A stretch of 64,000 nucleotides of DNA from Caldisericia bacterium (lineage in GTDB: Bacteria > Caldisericota > Caldisericia > JAAYUI01), in the NCBI GenBank assembly GCA_963674785.1, contig OY771555.1:1312001-1376000 (forward strand), read 5' to 3'. A program made the translations under genes and the position numbers. Positions 43,780 to 54,030 of the stretch are shown piece after piece. Numbering within the stretch: position 1 is the first letter of the stretch; every line of letters begins with the position of its first letter. The notes below the pieces were generated by a model. It did no database searches, was not told the origin of the DNA, and was given only the letters and a program-made list of their open reading frames with translations.

Positions 43780-46235
43780 TGGAAAAAATACTACTTGTGG
43801 ACGGAATGAGCCTGTTATTCAGGGCTTATTATGCTATGCCTGTTTCGATGGTCAGCAGCAATGGCACGTCCACGGGTGCATTATATGGGTTTATGAGACT
43901 GCTTTTGTCGGCAGTGGAAAAAGAAAACCCGGATAAAATATTTGTCTGTCTGGATAGAAAAGAAAAAACTTTCAGGCATGACCTCTGTGATTCATACAAA
44001 GCAAACAGAACATCTCCCCCAGATGAGCTTGCAGAGCAGATCATCCTTTTACCAGAAATCCTTGATAATATTGGGATAACATCTATCTCAAGCCCTGGAT
44101 ATGAAGCGGATGATGTGATCGCAACCGTTGCGAAAATTGAAGAAAAAAAAGGCAACAATTCTGTTGTAGTTACGGGCGACAAGGATATCCTTCAGATAAT
44201 CACAGATAAAACCAGTGTTTTAATAAACAAACGTGCAAATCAGGATGATGTCAAGTATACTCCAGAGATTTTTGAGGATGAGTTTAAATTGTCTCTTGAG
44301 CAATACGTTTGGTATAAGGCACTTAAGGGCGATAGTTCTGATAATTATTCTGGAATCCCAGGTATCGGTGATAAAACCGCAAGAAAAATCATTGATGAGT
44401 CAAGGAATATTGATGAACTCAAGAATCATCCCAAGATTTCAAAACATATTGATGAGTTTGAAAAATCACTGAAACTTGCACGAATCTGTTCTGATGCAGC
44501 AATTGATGAGAAGAAGCTTGACCAACCTTCGGTTTTTATTCCCGAAAAAGCTGTACCGGTTTTCAAGGATTATGGGTTTTCGTCGCTTGTCAAAAGATTT
44601 CAAGCTGACAAAAAGCCATCTTTCAAATATAAGAATATTGAAATCAAAAGTATCCCAAAAGAAATTGATGGAGATTTTGCTCTCTATATTGCTCCTGATG
44701 AAGTTTCATTTTCAGTTGGGGAATCAGTAAAAAAAGTTGAAATAGGAACGGGGATTTTTGCATCGAATGAAAAGGCGATCGATGGTTTTTCTGATGTTTT
44801 AAAATCTGGAAACACAAAAATATTAATGGACTTGAAATCTACACTCAAATATGTGGATGTTTCCGAACCAACCTTTGATATTGGAATTGCAGCTCATATT
44901 GATAATTCGAGCTTCAAGTCATTTGATATTGGGACACTGAAACCCCATTATCTTGAAGATGATGTTCCAAATCCTCTGGCGATGATTGAGATCAAAAAAA
45001 AACTTGAGTCAAAGCTTACTGAGAAGAACCAACTCGACCTTTTAAATGAGGTTGAAAAACCACTTACAAGAGTTTTAGATAAAGTTGAGAAACGCGGGAT
45101 CAAGATTGATAAAGCGTCTCTTGATAGCCTTGGCAAAGATTTTGAAGCAAAGCTTTGTATTCTTGCTGAAAATATCTTTGAGATTGCTGGAACTGACTTC
45201 AATATTCTTTCACCAAAACAGCTTTCACATGTTTTGTTTGAAAAAATGGGCATCAAGCCGATAAAGAAGACAAAATCTGGTTACTCAACTTCTGCAGACG
45301 TATTGGAAAAATTACGTCCGCTGACTCCATTAATTGATCATGTTCTGGAGTACAGAGAGCTTTCAAAGCTTCTTAATACATACATCAAACCTCTACCCAC
45401 CTTTGCTGATTCTGATGACAGGATTCATACAACATTCCTTCAAAATGGTACTGCAACAGGCAGATTATCGTCTGCCAATCCAAACCTTCAAAATATCCCA
45501 ATCAGAACTGAATGGGGAACCCATATCAGAGAGGCATTTATCTCAAAAGAAGGACACTCAATAATCAGTGCCGATTATTCCCAGATTGAACTCAGGGTTC
45601 TTGCTCATCTGTCCGGAGATGAAGATTTGATAGAGGCGTTTAGGTCTGGGCAAGACATCCATACTTACACTGCATGCAAAATGTTTAATGTTGAAAAACC
45701 AACATCTGAACAGAGAAGACAGGCGAAAGTTATCAATTTTGGGATTCTTTATGGGATGTCATCCCATAGATTAAGTAACGAATTTGGGATAAGCTTTGCT
45801 GAGGCTAAGAAGTTTATTGATGATTATTTTGGAAGATTCAAAGGGATAAAGAAATATACGTCAGCAGTTGTTGAAAGTGCAATTGAGGATGGTCATACTG
45901 AGACAATCCTCGGTAGAAGAAGATATGTCCCTGAGCTTTCTTCGAAGAACTTTCAAGTGAAGGCTGTAGGGGAAAGAATCGCTCTAAACTCTCCAATCCA
46001 AGGGTCATCTGCAGATATTATAAAACTTGCGATGCTTGATGTAGAAAAAAATCTTGAAGGGACAGGGGCAGCTCAGATTCTTCAGATACACGATGAGCTT
46101 TTGATTGAATGTCCCGATGAAAAAGTGGAAGATGTTTCAAAGATAGTGAAAGAAACTATGGAATCCGTGATCGAACTGGATGTTCCTTTACTGGTGGATA
46201 CAGGTTGGGGGAAGAACTGGTTGGTGGCAAAATAA
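43779..46235 (+). CDS. polA: DNA polymerase I
   Basis: 5'-3' exonuclease (DG.SL.FRAY, EADD, GDKD, GD.SDN); TGRLSS.NPNLQNIP, ADYSQIELR, K.INFG..YG, QIHDE. Confidence 0.97.
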   Translation: MEKILLVDGMSLLFRAYYAMPVSMVSSNGTSTGALYGFMRLLLSAVEKENPDKIFVCLDRKEKTFRHDLCDSYKANRTSPPDELAEQIILLPEILDNIGITSISSPGYEADDVIATVAKIEEKKGNNSVVVTGDKDILQIITDKTSVLINKRANQDDVKYTPEIFEDEFKLSLEQYVWYKALKGDSSDNYSGIPGIGDKTARKIIDESRNIDELKNHPKISKHIDEFEKSLKLARICSDAAIDEKKLDQPSVFIPEKAVPVFKDYGFSSLVKRFQADKKPSFKYKNIEIKSIPKEIDGDFALYIAPDEVSFSVGESVKKVEIGTGIFASNEKAIDGFSDVLKSGNTKILMDLKSTLKYVDVSEPTFDIGIAAHIDNSSFKSFDIGTLKPHYLEDDVPNPLAMIEIKKKLESKLTEKNQLDLLNEVEKPLTRVLDKVEKRGIKIDKASLDSLGKDFEAKLCILAENIFEIAGTDFNILSPKQLSHVLFEKMGIKPIKKTKSGYSTSADVLEKLRPLTPLIDHVLEYRELSKLLNTYIKPLPTFADSDDRIHTTFLQNGTATGRLSSANPNLQNIPIRTEWGTHIREAFISKEGHSIISADYSQIELRVLAHLSGDEDLIEAFRSGQDIHTYTACKMFNVEKPTSEQRRQAKVINFGILYGMSSHRLSNEFGISFAEAKKFIDDYFGRFKGIKKYTSAVVESAIEDGHTETILGRRRYVPELSSKNFQVKAVGERIALNSPIQGSSADIIKLAMLDVEKNLEGTGAAQILQIHDELLIECPDEKVEDVSKIVKETMESVIELDVPLLVDTGWGKNWLVAK

Positions 46236-46832
46236 ATGGCATACATACTTGGAATAACTGGTGGAATCTCTTCTGGAAAATCTCGTGCATCATCATGCCT
46301 TGTTGGAGATGGTGTTCACATTATTGAAGTTGATGACCTCTCAAGACCTTTGATTCAAATAGGTACTGAGTGTTATACACAACTTGTAGAAAGATTTGGC
46401 AATCAGATTTGTAATCTTGATGGAAGAATTGACAGAAAAAGACTTGCAAGGATTGCATTTTCAAGCCAAGCCAAAACAAATATTCTAAATGAGATTTTCA
46501 AAGAACCACTTACTAGAGCCATAAAACTTGAAATAATGCAGGGAAGAGCAAACAGAGCAAGGTTGATTGTTGTTGTTGCATCAATTCTTTTTGAACAGGA
46601 ATGGAACAAACTATGTCATGGTGTATTAAATATTTCTGCACCAGAGCAGGTTCGACTCCAGAGGTCTATCAGAAGAGGTTTTACTGAAAGAGACGCCACA
46701 AGAAGGATGGCTGTTCAGCTTGATGAAAAAGAGAGAATGGCACTTTCTGACTGGACTATCTATACACAACCAACTGTCAAGATGCTCTGTGAATCAATCA
46801 GGAGACTTGCTCACGAAAACAAATGGATTTAA
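46236..46832 (+). CDS. coaE: Dephospho-CoA kinase
   Basis: GITGGISSGKS, IDRK.L...F; directly downstream of polA. Confidence 0.88.
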   Translation: MAYILGITGGISSGKSRASSCLVGDGVHIIEVDDLSRPLIQIGTECYTQLVERFGNQICNLDGRIDRKRLARIAFSSQAKTNILNEIFKEPLTRAIKLEIMQGRANRARLIVVVASILFEQEWNKLCHGVLNISAPEQVRLQRSIRRGFTERDATRRMAVQLDEKERMALSDWTIYTQPTVKMLCESIRRLAHENKWI

Positions 46833-47572
46833 AACTTTCATACTCAAGAATCTCCACATATCTGCAATGTCCATATAAGTATTATCTAAGCTACATTGTG
46901 AAGCTTCCAACCAAGCCAAGACCGTATTTTTCATTTGGAAGCTCCATTCATACAGTGCTAGAATGGCTTCATAAACCTCGAATCTTGCCTGTTAATTATT
47001 CGATTCGAGAGATCATCGCTTATTATGACGAAAATTGGATCAATAGAGGATATTCAGGTATTGATGAGGAATCACGGTACAAGGAGCTTGGAAAGTCAAT
47101 TTTGATTTCGTACTGGGAAAAAATGGAAGGAAGTTTCAAACCCGCTTTAGAGGTCGAAAAAAACTTTTCATATCCACTTCAGGGATTTGAAGGTGTTACA
47201 TTAACAGGAATCGTCGACAGAATCGATTTAGATGAATCTGGAGATTTGATTCTGACAGATTATAAAACTGGAAAATGGATACCGTCGTCAGTAAATGGAA
47301 TGGATACACTGCAGCTTTCAATATATGCTATTGCCATGTCTTCCCTTTGGGACAAGAAAGTTGCCAAGGTTTCTAATCTCTATCTAAGAGAACATAAAGA
47401 AGTTGCATTTATACCCACCCAAGAGAAGATAACGGATGCGATGACAGAGATTGATAGGGCTGTTACTGGTATCAGGAACAAGGAATTTGATTTGAAGGTG
47501 AATAAATTCTGTAATTGGTGCGATTACAAGAACAGATGTAAAACAACACAAGTTTTGTCTGTGGAGAGATAA
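46823..47572 (+). CDS. PD-(D/E)XK nuclease, RecB/AddB/Cas4-like
   Basis: SYS...Y..CP, G..IH, G.VDRID, DYKTG, QL.IY, CNWC...C. Confidence 0.88.
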   Translation: MDLKLSYSRISTYLQCPYKYYLSYIVKLPTKPRPYFSFGSSIHTVLEWLHKPRILPVNYSIREIIAYYDENWINRGYSGIDEESRYKELGKSILISYWEKMEGSFKPALEVEKNFSYPLQGFEGVTLTGIVDRIDLDESGDLILTDYKTGKWIPSSVNGMDTLQLSIYAIAMSSLWDKKVAKVSNLYLREHKEVAFIPTQEKITDAMTEIDRAVTGIRNKEFDLKVNKFCNWCDYKNRCKTTQVLSVER

Positions 47573-47583
47573 TAAGAGGAAAG

Positions 47584-49284
47584 ATGAAGGAAATGAACAA
47601 GTATTATAGAGGATTAGTTTTTACGATTGCAATTGTGCTTATTTCATCAGTTATTTTTATTTCATGCGGGAAACTTGATGGTGCGCTTCTTTGGATAAAC
47701 ATTAACAGTGAAAACTCGATCGTAACGATTGATGATAATGAACCAATTCATTACAAAGACTTGAAAAACCCAGTTCTTCTTCCTCCAAATATGCATAAGA
47801 TTACAGTTGAATATCTCGACTCAGGTGATGTCGAAACAAAGACAATGAATCTTTATTATGGTTATGAACACAAAATAACATTTGACAAATACGAAGAGGC
47901 TGTTGTTTCAATCGATTCAAAAATTCCAGCAAACATTTGGGTTGGTAATATTGAAGTTGGGGCAATTCCAGCACCAGATAGAATTATTGTACATGCTGGT
48001 GATAGGGAATTAAAAGGAGAGCTTGTTGGATTTGGTTACAGATGGAAAGAAAACAGAGTTTTTCAAACTGGTGATCAGATAGAACTCCAACCTGGGACAG
48101 ATGAGACTCATGGAGCATTATACATTGAATCAGAAACAAATGGTGTGAGTTTTATTACCTCTATTCCAGATGAACCCATGACGGACAATGGGTCTGTTTT
48201 TTATCCTATGGTCGAAACCGGAGTTGTTGAGATCAGAGAACAATTCACCAAAAATGTTGTTCACTATATCAATGTTTATCCGGGTAAAGTTACAAAACTC
48301 AAATTTATTGATGATCATTCTGTAATTTCTGATAAAACCTATAAACTTGAAAACATCAAAGCAGGTTCATCAGTTGAATTGTTTGTCGACTGGCGAGATG
48401 GTGGTGTAACCAAATGTACCGTAGAAGATGGAGTGACTGAGATTACTGATCTTGATATCGCAAAACTCACACCATTTAGGGCAACTGGACTTGATTTCAG
48501 GGGTGCGACAAAACATTTCATCACAAGAAAAGATGGTCAGATTGGAGCAGCATCATTTTCATCTGAACTACCAGGTTCAATCTCCTTTACCTATTCCCAG
48601 GAAAAAAAGTTTGATCCAAAGGATATGAATCTTATGGATGTTCAGGTCTTTTCGGGGACATCGCCAGATGGAGAGTATTATCACTATGAAGATGGCATAA
48701 TCAAAGCCGATGGAACAAGTTATATCGCCTTAAAATCATTTATTCCTGGTTCCTGGAATATGGAAACAGGAGACGTTGTTATTGTCGGAACTGCCTCTGA
48801 TTGTGGAATTTTTGATGTAAAGGTTGAATCCCTCTTGGGCAGGGATCCACTATATTTCCCGCGAATTGAAATCGATGATCTTGTTGATAGTGAACTATTA
48901 TTCAAAAGACCCCAGGGGTTCTTTTTGAAGGATTACGACGTACTGGCAGTTTTGGGTTTACCTGAAAGAACAAGGATATGGAAGCTGACATTTGATGAAG
49001 TTATTCCGATAAAAGATATTCCAAAGGGAATGTATAACTCACAGCTTTTCGACTACAGGTATCTTGTCTGTTATCCAAAACAGGACTCATATTCGAATGG
49101 GTACATAGTTGATCTGGAGACAGGAACAATTACTTCAAATACTGAGGATATTCCCAATATTTCACTCCTAAATGATGGAAAAATAACTTCTGGATTCAGT
49201 GCAGACAGGGTATCAGCTGGTGTGGTTTATGAGTGGATAGGAGATAAGTTGATCCCAATTTGGGGAGGCCTGTTTACTCAGTAA
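47584..49284 (+). CDS. Hypothetical lipoprotein with PEGA-like repeats
   Basis: FISC lipobox; beta-rich PEGA-like segments. Confidence 0.6.
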   Translation: MKEMNKYYRGLVFTIAIVLISSVIFISCGKLDGALLWININSENSIVTIDDNEPIHYKDLKNPVLLPPNMHKITVEYLDSGDVETKTMNLYYGYEHKITFDKYEEAVVSIDSKIPANIWVGNIEVGAIPAPDRIIVHAGDRELKGELVGFGYRWKENRVFQTGDQIELQPGTDETHGALYIESETNGVSFITSIPDEPMTDNGSVFYPMVETGVVEIREQFTKNVVHYINVYPGKVTKLKFIDDHSVISDKTYKLENIKAGSSVELFVDWRDGGVTKCTVEDGVTEITDLDIAKLTPFRATGLDFRGATKHFITRKDGQIGAASFSSELPGSISFTYSQEKKFDPKDMNLMDVQVFSGTSPDGEYYHYEDGIIKADGTSYIALKSFIPGSWNMETGDVVIVGTASDCGIFDVKVESLLGRDPLYFPRIEIDDLVDSELLFKRPQGFFLKDYDVLAVLGLPERTRIWKLTFDEVIPIKDIPKGMYNSQLFDYRYLVCYPKQDSYSNGYIVDLETGTITSNTEDIPNISLLNDGKITSGFSADRVSAGVVYEWIGDKLIPIWGGLFTQ

Positions 49285-49952
49285 ATCCACATCAGGTCTG
49301 TTGTTAGTCTTGATAGAACAGCAATTATTATGTTTATTGAAAACACGATAACTGGGGCTGCAAGCATATAGAAGAAGTACGGCATCAAAAGATTTTTTAT
49401 CTTTACCTTGGAGTGTAGATGTGTGATTATCGGAATCAAGACAATAGCTATCACAAATGCTATGTGTAGGGGCATCCAATTGTTCTCAAGGTGAATATTG
49501 TGAAGCCAATCCTGTGTTGCTGTGCAGGAGACATGCCCAAAGTATGTTGGGGTACTAAGCGACCATTTTGTGACTACAAGTCTTGTGATAACGTTTATTG
49601 CGCTTGCAATAGGCACAGCAATCAGAAGCGAGTGCTGGATAGGTTTTTCAAACTCTCCTGGAATTGTTGTTCTGAAAATCTTGAAAATGAGATATATGTG
49701 GATAGAAACAGTAAACAGATATTCGAAGATTCTCATTGCAAATATCGATGGCCATATATCGGTTCCTGAAAAAGCTACAAGAAGAAACAAAATAACCATA
49801 AATGGAATCCAGATTTTTTCAAAGTTATTGTGGCTTCTATCTACATTTACGAGGGTATCAACGGGAACCCCTTGCTTGTACTCTCTTTGTCTAATGCTGT
49901 TTAGAAGTGTTAAAAGACTATTTTCTGGAGAGACGTTATCTGGTGATGACAT
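49278..49952 (-). CDS. Hypothetical membrane protein
   Basis: About five TM segments; start at MSSPDN is tentative. Confidence 0.6.
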   Translation of the reverse strand: MSSPDNVSPENSLLTLLNSIRQREYKQGVPVDTLVNVDRSHNNFEKIWIPFMVILFLLVAFSGTDIWPSIFAMRIFEYLFTVSIHIYLIFKIFRTTIPGEFEKPIQHSLLIAVPIASAINVITRLVVTKWSLSTPTYFGHVSCTATQDWLHNIHLENNWMPLHIAFVIAIVLIPIITHLHSKVKIKNLLMPYFFYMLAAPVIVFSINIIIAVLSRLTTDLMWIY

Positions 49953-50430
49953 CGATTTCCTCTGCAGTGAAGTAATCAAGCCATGCGTTTTTGAAACCGG
50001 TAACCTTTACAATTGAACTGCAGGCAAAGTCGCTAACCTTGTTGACACTTCTTGGTACAAAAACTCTTACATCACCTGCAGGGCTTGTCATGAAAAATGA
50101 GAATAAATCAGGGTTATAAGATGTGATTTCGCCAATCCATGTTTTTCTTTCAAGAGTGTCTGCGGGTTGAATTGAATCATGCAGAATATATAAACCTGTT
50201 CCATCCCACCTCATTGTGACTTGTGCTCCCAAATATAGATCATCAGATGTTTTATGGGGTTGTAGTTTTGCAGAAACCAAGTATCCATCAAGTGTTTCAA
50301 CGGTCATTGGGCCGATTCTCGGAACTGGTTCAACAATCACGCCATATGTTAAAACACCATTGCCTGCATTTGCAGGGATAAACGATAAAAGTAACAAACC
50401 AACTGATAAAGCGATGATTATTTTTTTCAT
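49936..50430 (-). CDS. Hypothetical secreted protein
   Basis: MKKII..ANA signal peptide; GGAGG SD. Confidence 0.65.
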   Translation of the reverse strand: MKKIIIALSVGLLLLSFIPANAGNGVLTYGVIVEPVPRIGPMTVETLDGYLVSAKLQPHKTSDDLYLGAQVTMRWDGTGLYILHDSIQPADTLERKTWIGEITSYNPDLFSFFMTSPAGDVRVFVPRSVNKVSDFACSSIVKVTGFKNAWLDYFTAEEIDVITR

Positions 50431-50432
50431 AT

Positions 50433-50963
50433 TTAACCTCCTAGTTTGAAGAGTATACCAGAAATTCCTCCACCAAGCAATACGAATACTGGATGGACTC
50501 CAAGAAAAAGAGCTGTTATCGCACCAATACCTATCAATAAAAGGTAATAGTTGAAGTCCTGGAATGCACCTTTTCCAATGCCAAAGAGAACATAAAAGAC
50601 CACAGCAACAACTGCTGGTCCAATACCCTTGATAAACCCTTTTATGGTTGTATTGTCACCATATTTTGTCATGAGTGAGTAGAGGGTTATTCCTACGATT
50701 ATAGGTGGGATTATTATTCCAAAAACAGCAAATAAAGCTCCTGCGTATCCTGCAATCTCTTTTCCAAGGATAGCAGAGCTTGAGATTGCAACCGGGCCTG
50801 GTGTGAAACCAATCGTATACATAACTTGATTGAATTGTTCTGCCGTGATAATCCCTTGGTGGGTGACAAGTTCATGTCTCATGATGCTTACAGATGCCCA
50901 CCCGCCTCCAAAGCTGATTATTCCAATTTTCAGAAACGAGAGAAATACTTTTATATAAACCAT
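50433..50963 (-). CDS. Short-chain chromate transporter (CHR family)
   Basis: FLKIG..SFGGG, TPGP, G..PAVV motifs. Confidence 0.88.
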   Translation of the reverse strand: MVYIKVFLSFLKIGIISFGGGWASVSIMRHELVTHQGIITAEQFNQVMYTIGFTPGPVAISSSAILGKEIAGYAGALFAVFGIIIPPIIVGITLYSLMTKYGDNTTIKGFIKGIGPAVVAVVFYVLFGIGKGAFQDFNYYLLLIGIGAITALFLGVHPVFVLLGGGISGILFKLGG

Positions 50964-50969
50964 GCTTGA

Positions 50970-51034
50970 ATTCTATATTCATTTCGTTTTTTCGCAAGGA
51001 ATCAGCTTGACAGCAGACCATCGTAAATTAGAAT
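50970..51034. promoter_or_regulatory. Back-to-back divergent promoters, both apparently leaderless
   Basis: Minus: TTGCGA-16-TAGAAT-6-ATG(50963). Plus: TTGACA(51007)-16-TAGAAT(51029)-7-ATG(51042). Confidence 0.65.
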
Positions 51035-51041
51035 GTCTTCC

Positions 51042-52349
51042 ATGGGTTTTGAAGAAGTCAATAAACAGCTAACAATTAGAGTTCCTCCGCTCGTAAATGT
51101 GGATGTCAATCAGCCTATCATGAAGATTATTGATACTCCCCAATTCCAAAAGCTTAGAAAAATCAGACAGTTGTCACTCACCCATCTTGTCTACCCGGGT
51201 GCAAACCATACTAGATTCGAACACTCTTTAGGTGTCTTTGGTTTGATGATGAAATATATTGAAAGGCTTTCAAGGCTTTCCGAATTTGCAGAATCGATAA
51301 AAAAGGAACACTTGGATGCACTTCCTTTTGCTGCCCTCCTCCATGATATTGGTCACTATCCGTTTGGACATTTACTTGAAGGCGAGGTCTCAGATTTGCC
51401 CGATCACGAGATTCGCAGTCAGGAGATATTATCTGGTCTTGAGATTTCGGAAATCCTATCCCAAAACAATATTGACCCTGTTGTTGTTGGAAACTTGATA
51501 ACTGGGGACTTTGATAAATCAGATATTTCATATCGTCTTGCAAGGGATTTGTTGGATTCTACCGTTGATGCTGACAAGATGGATTATCTTGAACGAGATA
51601 GTCTTCATTGTGGAGTTCCCTACGGAAGGTCGTATGACAAGGAAAGACTCATCGGAAGTCTTACTGTTTCTCCTCAGAAAAGGCTTGCCCTTACAGCGAA
51701 AGGGAAGTCTTCAGCAGAGTACATAATATTCAGCAGATATATAATGCTTACTGAAGTCTATTGGCATCACACTGTTCGATCGGCTGCAATAATGCTTATT
51801 GCGGCAATGCAGGAGGCTGTCAAATTCAAGGGGTGGGCAGATTTCAGGTCAGAGCTTCTGGATCATTATGGTGATGATGATGCCCTTGAAAAGTTGGGTT
51901 CACTTGTGGCAGATGACACTGATACTTTTGAGCTTGTAAGAGGGCTTATCAACAGAAAGCTTTTCAAAAGAATAAGAACGTACTCTCCACTTGATCCTGA
52001 CACAAGAGAAGTTTTTTCTGCTCTGAAGGGTTTAAGTGGACCATATGCTGCAAAAGTTTTATCCGAAGAGTTGATCGGAAGACTTTCGATTCCAAGAATG
52101 AGATTGCTTGTTGATATTGTTCCATCAAAAGCAATGACTCAGGATATCACTGTGTTTTTTTCAAAAAGAAACAAATATAGAAAGCTGTCGGATATTTCAC
52201 CTATTGCTAAATCTCTTGCAGAAACCTGGGAGAGCTTGACAGGAGTTGTTAGGGTATATTGTCACCCAGCATATGAATCAAAACTTGTTAAGAATGGTTC
52301 CGAAATAGATAAAGCAATAATTGAGTCTGCAAAAGATATAATTAGATAA
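51042..52349 (+). CDS. HD-domain phosphohydrolase, SAMHD1-like dNTP triphosphohydrolase family
   Basis: RQL...[39 protein letters not shown]; start revised to 51042 from promoter position. Confidence 0.88.
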   Translation: MGFEEVNKQLTIRVPPLVNVDVNQPIMKIIDTPQFQKLRKIRQLSLTHLVYPGANHTRFEHSLGVFGLMMKYIERLSRLSEFAESIKKEHLDALPFAALLHDIGHYPFGHLLEGEVSDLPDHEIRSQEILSGLEISEILSQNNIDPVVVGNLITGDFDKSDISYRLARDLLDSTVDADKMDYLERDSLHCGVPYGRSYDKERLIGSLTVSPQKRLALTAKGKSSAEYIIFSRYIMLTEVYWHHTVRSAAIMLIAAMQEAVKFKGWADFRSELLDHYGDDDALEKLGSLVADDTDTFELVRGLINRKLFKRIRTYSPLDPDTREVFSALKGLSGPYAAKVLSEELIGRLSIPRMRLLVDIVPSKAMTQDITVFFSKRNKYRKLSDISPIAKSLAETWESLTGVVRVYCHPAYESKLVKNGSEIDKAIIESAKDIIR

Positions 52350-52437
52350 TTTTTATCAAGCTCTAAAAATTGTCAAGCACTTGACAATTTTATTTCTTGG
52401 TGTAATTTATAGTCATCAAGAAGGAGGAGGAGAATTT

Positions 52438-53097
52438 ATGTGTTGTGAATATGAAGAAGAAATGAATATGCCGTTACTTGGTGACGAATTCCCAGAGATG
52501 GAAGTAAAAACTACACATGGTGTTATGAATCTACCAGAGGCTTTTAAAGGTAAATGGTTTATCCTTTTTAGTCATCCTGCTGACTTTACCCCTGTTTGTA
52601 CAACCGAGTTTGTTTCATTCCAGAGACACGTTGAAGATTTTAAGAAGTTGAACTGTGAACTTATTGGTCTTTCAGTTGACCAGGTTTTTTCACACATCAA
52701 ATGGATTGAGTGGATTGAAGAGAAGATTGGTGACAAAATAACTTATCCTGTTATTGCTGCAAACGATACAATCGCATCAAAACTTGGGCTTCTTCATCCT
52801 GGAAAAGGCACAAACACAGTAAGAGCAGTGTTTATTGTTGACCCTGAAGGAAAAGTGAGATTAATCGTTTATTATCCACAGGAAATTGGCAGAAATATGG
52901 ATGAGTTTGTAAGAGCTGTAAAAGCCCTTCAGATTTCAGACTCAAAGAAGGTCGCTACACCTGCAAACTGGCCAAACAATGAATTGATCAAGGATAGGGT
53001 GATTGTTCCACCAGCTGGTGATGTTGAGACCGCAAAGAAACGACTTGATGAATATGATGGTTATGACTGGTGGTTCTGTCATAAACCACTGGATTAG
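52438..53097 (+). CDS. Peroxiredoxin (Prx6 subfamily)
   Basis: [31 protein letters not shown]; strong AGGAGGAGG SD. Confidence 0.93.
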   Translation: MCCEYEEEMNMPLLGDEFPEMEVKTTHGVMNLPEAFKGKWFILFSHPADFTPVCTTEFVSFQRHVEDFKKLNCELIGLSVDQVFSHIKWIEWIEEKIGDKITYPVIAANDTIASKLGLLHPGKGTNTVRAVFIVDPEGKVRLIVYYPQEIGRNMDEFVRAVKALQISDSKKVATPANWPNNELIKDRVIVPPAGDVETAKKRLDEYDGYDWWFCHKPLD

Positions 53098-53121
53098 TTC
53101 GATTACAAAATAAAGGTACTC

Positions 53122-53151
53122 AAGACCCGACGATTTCTGTCGGGTCTTTTT
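53122..53151 (+). terminator. Rho-independent terminator
   Basis: AAGACCCGAC-loop-GTCGGGTCTT plus T-run. Confidence 0.85.
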
Positions 53152-53154
53152 CAT

Positions 53155-53183
53155 TTGACAAGTTCTCTTCAATGATATATAGT
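53155..53183 (+). promoter_or_regulatory. Near-consensus sigma70 promoter
   Basis: TTGACA-17nt-TATAGT upstream of the SD-led amidase gene. Confidence 0.75.
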
Positions 53184-53211
53184 ATAAATACAATATTATT
53201 GGAGGGAAAGA

Positions 53212-54027
53212 ATGAAAGCAGAATGGATAGTTTTACACCATTATGTCAATGACAATGACTTACCGTTATTAAAACAGCATCAGCTAGCTGAAAGAGTAAA
53301 ATCAAAAAAATTGTCTTATCACTATATTGTCTTCTCAGATGGTTCATATTGGATGATCAATGATCCGAGAAAACCAATCGGGCATTGTGGGGCTGATTTT
53401 GTGCATCTTTCGAAGAATCGAAAAACATCAAATTTCAACTCAATTGCTGTTTGTTGTATGGGGAATTTTCAACGTGGGAAAATGGGAGAACCACAGAAGA
53501 CTGGACTAATCAAGCTTATCTTTAAGCTGTGTTGCAAGCTTGGTATTAAAACTGAAAACATAACAAGACATAGTGATGTATGGAAAACTGCTTGTCCCGG
53601 GAGGTACTATCCTTTTTCAGATGTGGTTGTGGGAGTAAAAAAAATGTTTTCTGGGAGATTGGTTTTTACGATTGGCGAAAACAAAATTCAGAAGGGCGAA
53701 ACCATTTTACAATCAACAAAATCACCGGAAATTTTGTGGGGAGTGGCTATTTTTCCTGTTCGGGAGTTATTGATTAATCTTGGTTATCAAGTGAACTGGG
53801 TAGCGGATGAAAACAAAATTGTTGCCACTTCAAGCTCCAGCGCAGTAAACCTTTGGGTTGATAAGAAGAATATTTTGGTCGATGGCACTCCAAGAATTCT
53901 CGATTTTGAGGTGCTCAACATTTGGGGAACAACGACTGCTCCTCTAAGGTCTCTTCTTGAAAATCTTGGATATAAGGTCACTTGGAATTCTGAATCCAAG
54001 ACCATTGAAGCAAACAAGATGTTCTAG
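53212..54027 (+). CDS. N-acetylmuramoyl-L-alanine amidase (Amidase_2) with C-terminal stalk domain
   Basis: IVLHH, YHY, NSIAVC..GNF, H.D...TACPG; P..L...LGY.V.W repeats. Confidence 0.85.
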   Translation: MKAEWIVLHHYVNDNDLPLLKQHQLAERVKSKKLSYHYIVFSDGSYWMINDPRKPIGHCGADFVHLSKNRKTSNFNSIAVCCMGNFQRGKMGEPQKTGLIKLIFKLCCKLGIKTENITRHSDVWKTACPGRYYPFSDVVVGVKKMFSGRLVFTIGENKIQKGETILQSTKSPEILWGVAIFPVRELLINLGYQVNWVADENKIVATSSSSAVNLWVDKKNILVDGTPRILDFEVLNIWGTTTAPLRSLLENLGYKVTWNSESKTIEANKMF

Positions 54028-54030
54028 TTG

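Noticed and set aside
46823-47572. cas4 of a CRISPR system
   Set aside because: No other cas genes or array; housekeeping context
51042-52349. Anti-phage dNTPase defence island
   Set aside because: SAMHD1-like HD proteins are widespread housekeeping enzymes and no defence or mobile genes flank this one
52872-52880. Perfect DnaA box TTATCCACA
   Set aside because: Single copy inside the peroxiredoxin CDS; probably chance
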